DNA of 53,360 nucleotides from an uncultured Nitrososphaeraceae archaeon (GTDB lineage: Archaea > Thermoproteota > Nitrososphaeria > Nitrososphaerales > Nitrososphaeraceae), in NCBI GenBank assembly GCA_963729045.1, contig CAVSMN010000002.1, forward strand, positions 1-53,360. Direction: 5' to 3'. Positions 11,407 through 21,934 of this stretch are shown piece by piece. How positions within the stretch are numbered: the stretch's first letter is position 1; each line of letters begins with the position of its first letter. A model generated the notes under the pieces. It saw only the letters and a list, made by a program, of their open reading frames with translations. It had not been told where the DNA came from and ran no database searches. The translations under genes were made by a program, and so were the position numbers.

Positions 11407-12609
11407 ATGAAACTTGATTTCCCCCCTAGATTTTCTGAGAGGATAGGAGCTATTAGTCTCCACGCGGTGCAGAAAATTTATGAATTGGATTCAGGAAAGT
11501 CTCCCGAGTTTCACGGCGGACATAGGACTATCCGTGCCTTTGACCATGATGAGCTTTCCAGCATCTTTAGAGATCTCGCGATTGTTATTCCAATAAAAAA
11601 TGAAAGATTAAGGTTAATAGAAGGGGTTTTGAGTGGAATTCCTAATGAATGCATGGTTGTTATTGTATCGAATAGTCAGATTTCCCCTGTAAATAGATTT
11701 TCAATGGAGGTTGAAATGATCAAGCAATATTCTCAATTTGCAGATAAGAAAATAATAATAATTCATCAAGGTGATCCGGATCTTGCAAAGATATTTGAGG
11801 AGGTAAAATATACATCGATTTTAGACTCAAAAAAACAGATTCGCGATGGAAAAGCTGAAGGTATGATAGTAGGCATTTTAATGGCTAAGATGCATAATAA
11901 AAAGTATGTCGGCTTTATAGATAGTGACAATTATTTTCCAGGAGCGGTAAATGAATATTGTAAGATATATGCCGTCGGATTTGGGATGGCATCTACCCCT
12001 TACAGCAATATCAGGATTTCGTGGCTATACAAACCAAAAATAAGGAATAACATATTGAAATTCCCTAAATGGGGACGAACATCAGAAGTGACTAATAAGT
12101 ATTTGAACGCATTGTTATCTTATATTACCGGATTTGAAACTGATATTATAAAGACTGGGAATTCAGGGGAGCATGCCCTATCGATGTCACTAGCAGAAAA
12201 TTTGAATTATTCAAGTGGCTACTCTATCGAACCATATGAATTTATTAATATATTAGAAAAATTTGGGGGATTGCTTCCTACAGATTCACCCGATATCGTT
12301 GAAAAAGGGGTAGAGATATTTCAGATAGAAACTAGGAACCCACATTTTCACGAAGAGAAAGGTAAGGATCATTTGACTGAAATGCTTCAGGCATCGCTAC
12401 TATCAATTAGTAATAGTAAAGTTTGTAACATGGAACTCGCAAAAGAAATAAAAGAACATTTACTCAGATTAGAAACTTTATATAAAAAAGATAAGAGCGG
12501 TAAGACAGATGCAAAAAAATATTTCATTATGGATCCGATAAAAACAATTCCTATTGATAAATTCGGAGAATTGGTAAAAAAGAATGTAAAGACATTCCAC
12601 AAAATTTAG
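11407..12609 (+). CDS. mpgS: Mannosyl-3-phosphoglycerate synthase (GT55)
   Basis: AIVIPIKNE..LIEGVLSGIP, IRDGKAEGM, YVGFIDSDNYFPGAVNEY, WGRTSEVTN, TGNSGEHA and IETRNPHFHEEKG. Confidence 0.95.
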   Translation: MKLDFPPRFSERIGAISLHAVQKIYELDSGKSPEFHGGHRTIRAFDHDELSSIFRDLAIVIPIKNERLRLIEGVLSGIPNECMVVIVSNSQISPVNRFSMEVEMIKQYSQFADKKIIIIHQGDPDLAKIFEEVKYTSILDSKKQIRDGKAEGMIVGILMAKMHNKKYVGFIDSDNYFPGAVNEYCKIYAVGFGMASTPYSNIRISWLYKPKIRNNILKFPKWGRTSEVTNKYLNALLSYITGFETDIIKTGNSGEHALSMSLAENLNYSSGYSIEPYEFINILEKFGGLLPTDSPDIVEKGVEIFQIETRNPHFHEEKGKDHLTEMLQASLLSISNSKVCNMELAKEIKEHLLRLETLYKKDKSGKTDAKKYFIMDPIKTIPIDKFGELVKKNVKTFHKI

Positions 12610-13133
12610 AATAGAAATTTTGGATATCCTATTATAACCGTGTTATACTACGATAATCATAAATTCAATGACAGGATCCTCTAGTTTAACATTTTTGTTA
12701 AAAAACCTAAAGACTAATCAGTGTGTCAATAGAATTTAGTGTCACTTATCCTTCTAGTACGCAATTTTATAAGAAACATTACTCATATTTCATATGACTA
12801 GATGAGATTAGTAAGCCAGTTGTTTTAAAAAAAATTAAATTCCATCGAAAATTGTAGTTTCTTTTGAAGATATCCCCTCGTGCATGGGTATGAGGAAATG
12901 ACAAAATGTTATCATATGATATAGATTAATCATCAAGTTAAAATTTGGTTTTTAGACCAAGTAGAAATTCGGATTTGATCAATTTCCATTACTGCAGCCT
13001 GTTTGCAGGAGGTTACTCTGACATTCAAAATGATTTTAGTTTAACTTGACATGTCTCTAAACACACAAGAATGAATTTTCCTTTCCTCTTCATTTCGAAA
13101 CTAAAATGGTCTTAATGATGTAGTAAGATTTGA

Positions 13134-13805
13134 ATGAAAGATAAAGGTAAGATTATTTTGGTATCCCGATTATCGACTTCAGGAGTAGGAAAGGGTCTGA
13201 GAAATTTACAATTTGTCATAGTGCCTGGAATAGTAATAGGCATAATTGGTGGAATTCTACTTTTTTTTGCCGCATATAATTATTATCCTCAGAAGAATGT
13301 GAATATCAATTTAAACGGCAAATGCTATGAATTTTTGGATGAGGCTTATCAAAAGTACCAAGATTTAGTATCTAACAGAGAAAGGGAATTGTTAAAGTTG
13401 CAGATAGCGTCCCTAGAGGGGTCAAATTCATTTGTTCCTATTATATTCAGTGGTTCAAGTGATGACGTAGACTACATAATAGACAAATTTGACATCAAAG
13501 TAACAGAAATACAGACATTAGGTGACCAGAACACACAAGTCGATAAGATGATCATAAAGGGTGTAATCAACAATACGATTCTTGAACAAATATTGGATAA
13601 TATTTCTGATAATATTACTGATACTACTGCGAACTCGATGCCCAAAATTGGCATCTTACCCAATAGCGGAATTTCAGTGTCCGAGAGTGCAAAAATTAGC
13701 GATAATATGGATCAATTTATGATTAGCGGGCTAAAGGAAATTATATCTGAGAAAAATGGGGTAAAGGAAACAGAATGCAGAAGCACAATAATCTATAATG
13801 ATTGA
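13134..13805 (+). CDS. Hypothetical single-TM protein with extracellular domain
   Basis: 223-aa ORF with TM FVIVPGIVIGIIGGILLFFAAY and two Cys. Confidence 0.75.
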   Translation: MKDKGKIILVSRLSTSGVGKGLRNLQFVIVPGIVIGIIGGILLFFAAYNYYPQKNVNINLNGKCYEFLDEAYQKYQDLVSNRERELLKLQIASLEGSNSFVPIIFSGSSDDVDYIIDKFDIKVTEIQTLGDQNTQVDKMIIKGVINNTILEQILDNISDNITDTTANSMPKIGILPNSGISVSESAKISDNMDQFMISGLKEIISEKNGVKETECRSTIIYND

Positions 13806-14081
13806 TGAATTCCAAAATGCAAATTCCTGTGTTTATTCTTTCAATCATGAATAAAACCCAACTCTCTCTAATACAATAGAGTATATGAGATTACAAGATT
13901 TGTCAATATTTAGGAAATTAAGACGCGGGCCATTTTATTTTTTTATGTAAAATGAAAATGCTGTGTGTTACAGGTCAACATGTCAGTGATTGGAAAAGAT
14001 CCATTAGACTGCCCTCCTTTATTTATTCAAGAAAATTTGATGTAATGAATCTTGGATTTATTCAGATATGCAAAAAAAGAT

Positions 14082-15097
14082 CTATGAATCATTCATGGTT
14101 ATTAAAACTACATGCCAATTGGAGTCCTTTATTTTAATAGACTTCCAAAACATCAACTTCTGATCATCCAAATTATCTTTGATAAATACGGGTCTAGGTT
14201 CATTTGCGAATTCATTAATTAGATTAAAATGATCAAATGTCTCAAGTTTTACCTGATAGGTCATATTACTATCTGAGCTCAACGATAATGTATTATCAAG
14301 GCTACTAGAATAAGATGGTCCAATCTTTGATTTATTGGTATCTAAAAGTTCAGACCCATTATGATCGATCAGGATGAACCGATTTTCATTGTTTAGAGAC
14401 AGACCCTCCAACAAATCTGCTAAAGATTTCAAATTTATTATCCCGACCCAGTATCCACTCAGAGAGCTTGAACCGGTTTGGATATTTGAATCGCTCTTAT
14501 AGAGAGTAAACTGGGACCGCAACAGCTATTGCAGGAGCATTTATAGAAGCAGACAAGAAAATTGAACTAATGTAGGTTTGATTATTTTTGACAACTCCTT
14601 TATACCATTCTCGATCAGCAAAATTAATTCTTGGAAGTTGCTCTTGATCCCTATATGGTTCTCCCATATAGATATCTCCATTTGGTAGTACAAAGAAAAT
14701 GCTTGCAATATCTTTGTTTCGTTGGAGGATATCTTTAGCTAGATTTCTTTTGTCCAAATCTAAAGTAGAATGGATACCGTTATGATCACTGCTAACATTC
14801 TTTAGAAATGGCACATTCTTAAGTGATTCATCTCTGCTTGAAATTTCAAGAGTTTCAACGGTATTAGATATTTTGTCGTGTATCAAATCGGCAAACAGGA
14901 TAAGCATTGTAAACTTATCAGTTTGGTTTACTGGTAGTCTTTGAAAATAATTTGAAAGTTGGCTGCTGTTATCAAATTCCTAGAGCGTTAATAGGTTTGG
15001 CCATTAAAGAGGAAAGGCACATGGCAATGATAAACGTCGTAATGATAAAAAAATATTGTCTAACGATGAGAGTTAGAAGAGGAATTTGTTGAGTCAT
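14082..15097 (-). CDS. Secreted stand-alone dCache domain protein (+1 frameshifts near 14980 and 14502)
   Basis: ATG at 15097 begins a signal peptide (MTQQIPLL...PINA). Cache motifs FFVLPNGDIY, NFADREWYKG, AIAVAVPVY, FILIDHNG and WHVVL. Confidence 0.8.
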
Positions 15098-15361
15098 TTG
15101 CTATAATCAGTGAGGACAATGTCAAAGTTGATATTATTTGTTATGTTTGAATTTTAAGAAATTTTAAAAGATTTTGTAACCTTTCATGAAATGTTGTGAT
15201 AATGGCATACTCAACTGATTTCTCGATTTGCAAAGTAATTCAAACTATTTATAGATATGATAAAACTAAATCTGCAGTATTTTCTTTATGTATCAGGATT
15301 TGTTCCTAATGAAATAAAACGTTTAAGCATACATGCAAAAGGAAGTTAACCAAGAAAAAAA

Positions 15362-16448
15362 TTATTGTGGATTTGACTCTAAGTATGTAGCCGAATCGTC
15401 AAGCAGTTTGTTGATATCAGCGATATTTTGCTTTATCTCATCTATGGATGCATTTCCGTCGATCTGTTCACGGAGCTTCTCCCTCAGTAAAGCCTCACCC
15501 TTATCGGCTAGTGCTTTGCCAATTGGTGCTTCTAAATACTCAAAGTTATCCAAGTATGCAGCGGTGGCCAATTCTTTGGCTTTAATTTTATCATTTGACT
15601 CATATGCAGAGACAACTTCATTTAGCAATCCTCTGATTTTGTCTATATAGTCCTGTGATGTTGGATTGTTGCTGGCATTAGCGCTTGTAGAATTGTCATT
15701 AGTACCCAATTCATTGCTTATCCTCTCAATTATTTGATTAACAACAGCTTGGTCTCTAAGGTTCTGGAAAGAGTCTGTCAAATTTGCAAAATCAGACAAC
15801 AACGTCGTAATTACATGAGTATCATTTGAAATGTTTTCTGTGTTATTGAACAATGCACTAGCTCTATCTACAAATGCTGAACCATCCTGATATTCCAATT
15901 CCAATGTAATATTACCCCCTGTGACTCCCTCTTTGTATTCAGAAGCAGCAGTTTTTAATAGATCTTTTATAACACTAATTTTGTGCTCAGCAGTATTTAG
16001 TACGACTGCTGGTATAACCGTTGTTACCACATTATTGGACAAGTCTATTGAAGACTTGCCCTTGTTCTCAAATTCTGCTAATGTAGTCACTATTATTGGA
16101 AGCCAACCCGGCTAATTGATTCAAATCATTAAAATAGGTATCATTTAGATTCCTGTCGGCTGTAGATAATGGAATAGTTACAAGTGACAATACTTCTTCG
16201 ATTGGATGAAGAGTATGAGCTAAAGTTAATTCAGTATCATTGTGGAATTTATTAAACTCAGCCTTTTCAATATGGCCTATAATCTGTTCAATATTTGAAT
16301 GAAAACTAGTATAATCCGTCTGGTTTTGTTGTTCAGTACCATTGTTCTGACCCATTACCTGATTTGGTAAGGCGAAACCAAATATCGCGATCGTAACTAC
16401 TGCAGTAATTAATCCTAGTGTTAAATTATTGCTTTTATATGTATTCAC
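15362..16448 (-). CDS. Secreted helical putative iron-binding protein related to FTR1-associated extracellular domains (+1 frameshift near 16092)
   Basis: Signal peptide; His/Glu motifs IIGHIE, AHTLHPIEE, EYKEGV...EYQDGSAF and AYLDNFEYLE. Confidence 0.7.
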
Positions 16449-16488
16449 AATGAGAACCTTCCTTATAATATATTTATATGATTATTCA

Positions 16489-16506
16489 ATTCTCAAAAAT
16501 GAGAAT
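16489..16506. promoter_or_regulatory. Perfect 7-4-7 palindrome ATTCTCA-AAAA-TGAGAAT, candidate operator
   Basis: Lies directly upstream of the minus-strand TATA (about 16471-16479) of the iron-binding gene; an extra TGAGAA half-site sits next to the start codon. Confidence 0.5.
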
Positions 16507-16817
16507 GAAGAGGTGCTTTTGTTTCTTCTATAATTAATCATACAAATATCGTGCCCTTAACTGTGTTTAATCATTAGATTTATTTTTCAGCTACCTGTAG
16601 AAGTAGATGAAATTTGTGACTGTGCTAACGAGAATCAGCTCTGGAATGCAAAACCAGTAAGATTAATTACTCTGAATCTTCAAGGCCCAACCCTTTTTCT
16701 TTTTTTCTAGATTTTAGCACTTCTAGACATTTTATCATAAAGCATGTACGGTATAATGAAAGGTCGAATTACATCCATATAATATTTTGATGATTTTCCA
16801 TATACAATAATATCCAA

Positions 16818-18080
16818 ATGTCAAACCTTTTTAGAATTATGATTCTATTGTACTTGGATTTGTCTGGAGAAAAAATAACAACTATTGAGAACGTGCTGGT
16901 ACTTCAAGGGGGTGGATCACTTGGTGCTTTTGGATGTGGAGTGTACAAAGCATTAGTAAAACATCATCTTGATTTGGATTTGATTGCGGGGACTTCAATT
17001 GGTGGGATTAATGCGGCCATTATAGCAGGTAGTCGAAATAAAGATAGGACAGATCAAATATTAGAAGAATTCTGGATCGAGCTTTCTGAAAGTTTTGTTA
17101 ATAAAGATAAATTTTTTGGTTTTTCAAGTTCAAACCTAATGAAGCAGTTTTATGAAAATTTTGTCTATCCACTTCATAAGAATGACACGATCGCAAGTTA
17201 TGTAGAAATGAAGAAGGACCAACAGATTAAAATCAAACAACTTGAATCTTTCTACAGCTCTGCAGCGTTCGGAAATAAAAAATTTTTCAAACCTAGGTGG
17301 TTTCCGGAATATGCGATTTCAGACCCAGAGTACTTTACACCAATGAAATGGACCTATCTCTATGATCATCAACCACTGATCAAGACTTTGGAACGATATA
17401 TTGATTATGATAAGTTAAGACCAGGAGAAAATAGCAATCCTCGTCTAATACTGACCGCTGTTAGTGTTCTTGATTCTAAAGCTTTAATATTTGACAGTTT
17501 CAAGCAACAAATAGAGCCCAAGCATATCTTGGCTACCTCTGCTTATCCACTTTACAATTTTCCATGGATAGAAGTTGACAAAGGTGTTTTTGCCTGGGAT
17601 GGCGGCCTTTTGAGTAACACTCCACTTAGAGAAGTGCTTGACGCATCGCCGATCATGGATAAGAAGATATTTCTAGTAGAAAATTATCCAAAGGAGGTTG
17701 ACGCGTTGCCTGGTAATATAGCCGAAGTGCATCACAGGGCCAGAGACATTATGTTTTCAGACAAAACTGAACACAATATCAAAATGTCCGGGGTGATTAC
17801 GCGTTATTTGGACTTTATTGAAGAACTTTATCAAATTTTTGAAAATAATGCAGACAAATTACAATTAGACAAGAATACTTTAAGCAAAATTCGTCGTAAA
17901 TATAAGAAATACCATGAGGATCATGGGGCGGAAATTAAAGAAATCTATTATTTTTCACGCGATGAAATGTACCCTCATATCTTTGAAAATGCCGATTTCT
18001 CTCCTGATACCATCAAGGAATTAATAAGAGCAGGAGAGGACAAAGCTAATAAGGTCATACAAGATCATAAGCAGGAGTAA
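16818..18080 (+). CDS. Patatin-like phospholipase/esterase (true start possibly TTG near 16860)
   Basis: LVLQGGGSLGAF, GTSIG nucleophile elbow and WDGGLLSNTP. Confidence 0.92.
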   Translation: MSNLFRIMILLYLDLSGEKITTIENVLVLQGGGSLGAFGCGVYKALVKHHLDLDLIAGTSIGGINAAIIAGSRNKDRTDQILEEFWIELSESFVNKDKFFGFSSSNLMKQFYENFVYPLHKNDTIASYVEMKKDQQIKIKQLESFYSSAAFGNKKFFKPRWFPEYAISDPEYFTPMKWTYLYDHQPLIKTLERYIDYDKLRPGENSNPRLILTAVSVLDSKALIFDSFKQQIEPKHILATSAYPLYNFPWIEVDKGVFAWDGGLLSNTPLREVLDASPIMDKKIFLVENYPKEVDALPGNIAEVHHRARDIMFSDKTEHNIKMSGVITRYLDFIEELYQIFENNADKLQLDKNTLSKIRRKYKKYHEDHGAEIKEIYYFSRDEMYPHIFENADFSPDTIKELIRAGEDKANKVIQDHKQE

Positions 18081-18515
18081 ATACTTAAAGTGCTGTATGG
18101 TTTAAAAAGGATATTTGGTTCACTCAAAAGTATCGGTAAACTAAAAGTAATGAATATCATAAAAGAATGATTAAAGGACCAAATTTGACGGTCAACATAT
18201 AGGCTCATCGTCCCAAGATGAAGTCATCTGCTCATGACTTGCTCTACCCTGATCATTCTAAACGAAATCCAATCACCGGATGTTTGAAATAATTAAGTCG
18301 TCCTGATTGGTATCCAGAACCATTCCTAACCTAAAATATTTTTGTAATAAGGATTTTAGTTGTTGATGGGTATCTAAGGCGAGCATGATCCACCATTGGG
18401 AATAACCCTATAATCATTGGTGTTATTCGATTTATCTAGTACATGAATGGAAAAAGTATTATCAATTACAGGCCTTTTATTTTACTTGTATCGAATTACA
18501 CGTGTCAACAAAATA

Positions 18516-18734
18516 TCATAATGACATTGATCTATCAAAGCATTTGATAGCTTCCTCGAATTCATTCATCTGATATAAAGAATTTCCTTTCATATACCAT
18601 GAATTAAAGCTTTTCAATGAAGATAGAGCCAGAGATCTATCAAAGCATTTGATAGCTACCTCATATGATTTCCTTTTATATAATGATAATCCCATTATAT
18701 ACCAGTGATCTGCTAAACCACATCCTTCTGACAT
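18516..18734 (-). CDS. Small two-repeat TPR protein
   Basis: WY..G.SLY....YE.AIKCFDRS occurs twice with a 35-aa period. Confidence 0.8.
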   Translation of the reverse strand: MSEGCGLADHWYIMGLSLYKRKSYEVAIKCFDRSLALSSLKSFNSWYMKGNSLYQMNEFEEAIKCFDRSMSL

Positions 18735-19241
18735 AATCAATATTACATTCAAAATAGTCTTTTATAAAGATTTTGTTGAATATTGATTAATATTTGCTTT
18801 TATTGCATGAGAATCGCAAAACCTCTTTGATTGTTTAAAAGTGCATTACTGATATAGAAGAATTAGTAATATTTAATAAACAGAAAGACCGGTGCAAAAA
18901 AGATGATTGCCATATTAGGATTAATATCATTGCTGTGCTAAATAAGGGTGAATAAATGTTTACAATTGTAAATAATAGGACGAGTGATTGTATCCCTTTC
19001 CATTTTTGTTAACCATGGTAATACCATTTGAAAAATCTTCTTTGTATCTTTCGCTTTGAAATCAAAAATCCTAAAGGTCTTGAATTCTCATTCCCAAATA
19101 TGCTTCGCTTACCACCAATCAATTTCCCGAAAAAAATAGATTTTGGTATACTTGCTAATTCTCAAGAAATATCAGAATATCAGACCCCGGTCAATGGTTT
19201 TGAAATTCATGAATGAGCTAACAAGAGTCGCAGGTCTTTTA

Positions 19242-20831
19242 TTAGCAAACTATGTCATAAGCATCAGTAACTATTCTTTGATAGATTGAATTGTTCAGAT
19301 CTATTCGGTAATAATCTAATTTATCAGGATCATACTTTTGTACAATTTCAATAATTTCGCTTTTCTTTTTTCGTTGAAATATCACATCCCTGTGAGCATA
19401 ACCAGTGACATAACTATACTTATTCTTGATGGCTTCGCCTAAAAACTTTATCCTTAAGTAGTGACCACCGGTTCCGCCCCAATAACCTTCAAGGATGCTG
19501 ACCCCTTCCAGATACACAGTATTCATTGATCCCTTGTTCACATCGACTGTACCTGGGCGCAATTCATAATTTTCCAATGGACCGCCTTTTGCATAACCTA
19601 TTATATCACCATTCCTGTTGTTCATCCTTAGTGTTACCAGGATAGAAGATTCATCTGCGATTGTTTTTCTGAAATATTCTTCACTTTGCCGCATCAATGT
19701 GGAAACCCGACTGTTAATATCTAAAAGGATCTTCACAGTATCCTCATCCACTTTGCCATTTTGGCCTTCGGTAACAAATATCAATCTTGTACCTCTTTTG
19801 GAATCTTTTAATCCTAATTCTTTATTCCATGATTCCTTAAAGTACGCTACGTTATCATAAAAATTTTTCCTAAATTCAGTAGGTATATTTGACATAATAT
19901 AATCAAACATCTCCTTTTCTTCTACCATAAGGTTATCAAAAAATTTCACAGAGTTCTTATTAATCACAGAAGGATGCCATCCCAACGCATGAGCATTACG
20001 CCTTGCGATATCTCTTGCATGTTCATAATTCCCCAACGCATATCCGGCTATTCGCTCCGATACTGAAAGAAACCATCCTAAACTTCGAAAACGCTCCCTT
20101 GTTTTAATATCGTGTTGGGAAATTCCAGCTTCATCAAATAATTCATCAATCTTCCTAGTCGCATATTGCTCAATTTCCCCTTTGAACGGATAAGCAGTTC
20201 TATGAATCAGTATCATGACTAAATCGATATTCAGATTTGCATTATCAATAAATTCTCTAATTTTAGGATCGTTTCTAATGAAAAATTCGACAGAATCCTC
20301 ATTGGGTTTATCAAATTCCTTAAGAGGATCATAGTCATGAAACAGCGCAGCTACAAATAAATAAGTAGTTTCTTCTTGAGATATTTTGAAATTTTCCATT
20401 TTGTTAATCCCAGAAATCGATAAAAGCGTGAAGTAAACAGCTTCTAGTTCGTGTTGAATATTATGATAACCATAATAATCAGTGCCCAAACCTTTCTTTG
20501 AAAATTCAGATATTGTGTGACGTAGTATATCTTTTATCCATCTATCCTCAAAGCCCAACGATTTGCCCAAGTCTATAATATTATTCTTGAGGTTTGATTC
20601 GGCGGTTTGTCCTTTGTGAAATTGTAGCCACCAAGGAAATAATTTTATTCTATTATAGAATTCAAATCCAAATAGGGTTAGCCGCCCGGGCAACTTATCT
20701 GTCGACAATCCATTCTTATTGTTTAGATCATCCTTTTCACTATCAGATGTAAATATCGATGATCTAACCACATTTCTAGAATTAGAAATCCACGATATAA
20801 AATTTGCTTTTATACATGATGATTTTTGCAA
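19242..20831 (-). CDS. HD-domain phosphohydrolase fused to a C-terminal GNAT-like domain (start uncertain)
   Basis: YHNIQH and AALFHDYD; C-terminal IIGYAKG...VYLEGVSILEGYWGGTGGHYLR...KYSYVTG resembles the GNAT acyl-CoA loop. Confidence 0.78.
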   Translation of the reverse strand: MQKSSCIKANFISWISNSRNVVRSSIFTSDSEKDDLNNKNGLSTDKLPGRLTLFGFEFYNRIKLFPWWLQFHKGQTAESNLKNNIIDLGKSLGFEDRWIKDILRHTISEFSKKGLGTDYYGYHNIQHELEAVYFTLLSISGINKMENFKISQEETTYLFVAALFHDYDPLKEFDKPNEDSVEFFIRNDPKIREFIDNANLNIDLVMILIHRTAYPFKGEIEQYATRKIDELFDEAGISQHDIKTRERFRSLGWFLSVSERIAGYALGNYEHARDIARRNAHALGWHPSVINKNSVKFFDNLMVEEKEMFDYIMSNIPTEFRKNFYDNVAYFKESWNKELGLKDSKRGTRLIFVTEGQNGKVDEDTVKILLDINSRVSTLMRQSEEYFRKTIADESSILVTLRMNNRNGDIIGYAKGGPLENYELRPGTVDVNKGSMNTVYLEGVSILEGYWGGTGGHYLRIKFLGEAIKNKYSYVTGYAHRDVIFQRKKKSEIIEIVQKYDPDKLDYYRIDLNNSIYQRIVTDAYDIVC

Positions 20832-21304
20832 TTAATCAAATAAATGATGGTTTTTGGCTCAAAGTATGAAATATTTTATTCGAGAGTGCAAAATTTAATA
20901 TCAACACATACTACCCCCAAGGAATTTCCCACTAGAAAAAATGAGTCATAGTAGTGTATTGACAGAACGGGAACTTTGACATTCAAATTGATGAGTAGCT
21001 TTTACATAAGATTTCTTTCCCCGCTGATCTATAAAGTATAGCAGATTTATCTGAGAAGATGTTTTATTCAAAAAAAAAGAACGTAAATTACAGGCACGCG
21101 AGGTAATCGAATTTGGAATAAGTCGCCTAAATAATTCCTCTTGATATCCTACGGTTGTTTGAATATAAAATTGTCACCTCAACCAAAAGGTCACAGGAAA
21201 AACAGCTCAGATATTTGGCCATCTCCAATAGCAGTAAAGGTTGTAGATAATCAATACTATTGAGGAGAAATCTTGGCTTCATTAATCAATAATAACAAAA
21301 TAAT

Positions 21305-21694
21305 TTAGGTATTGGTATTAAATGTTGCAATAAGCCACATAATTCCAAACTGGTCCACTACTTTAGCCACTTTATCCATTGTGTATTTGTATGTTGGGGC
21401 TTGAATTGATTTGCAACCTGCTTTCAATGCTTTATCGTAAGTAGCATCGACATCTCTAACGTAGACCCACAATGAAAGTGAACAAGAGTGACTAATTTTA
21501 TAATCTTCCTCCATCATAATACAAGTATCACCGATTTTAATTTCAGCGTACAAACCTTTTTCTTCTTTAAATCGTTTGATAACAACTGCATTAAAGACTA
21601 ATTCTGAAAATTTAATGAATTCTAATACATTTCCAATTACCAAATATGGATTTACCGTATGGTAACCCTGGGGAAATGAGTCCGATTCTCTCAT
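21305..21694 (-). CDS. VOC/glyoxalase (PhnB-like) protein
   Basis: PQGYHTVNPYL, YAEIKIGD, YVRDVDATYDKALKAG and DQFGIMW. Confidence 0.9.
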   Translation of the reverse strand: MRESDSFPQGYHTVNPYLVIGNVLEFIKFSELVFNAVVIKRFKEEKGLYAEIKIGDTCIMMEEDYKISHSCSLSLWVYVRDVDATYDKALKAGCKSIQAPTYKYTMDKVAKVVDQFGIMWLIATFNTNT

Positions 21695-21934
21695 GGAGTT
21701 GTCATTAATTGACCAATTATTTTTACCTATCGATTAGAACTGTATTAACGATAAATCCAATATACCAATTTTCATAACTCTAATAACCAGATTGTAGTAA
21801 TTCATTACTTTTTCTCGTAGAATAATAATGTTGTTGTATGGTAAAAAGTGGAAAAATCGTTACGTTTATTAGCATTTTTTACAACATTTCGGTATAGACC
21901 AAATATTTAGAAATTAAAATGATAAAGGCCTAAT

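Noticed and set aside
18529..18657. Two identical 24-bp palindromic repeats GATCTATCAAAGCATTTGATAGCT as a mini-CRISPR or operator pair
   Set aside because: They are 105 bp apart and encode AIKCFDRS in each of two TPR units, so an intragenic duplication explains them.
19028..19216. 62-aa Pro/Phe-rich ORF
   Set aside because: TTG start and no recognisable family; it cannot be supported from sequence alone.
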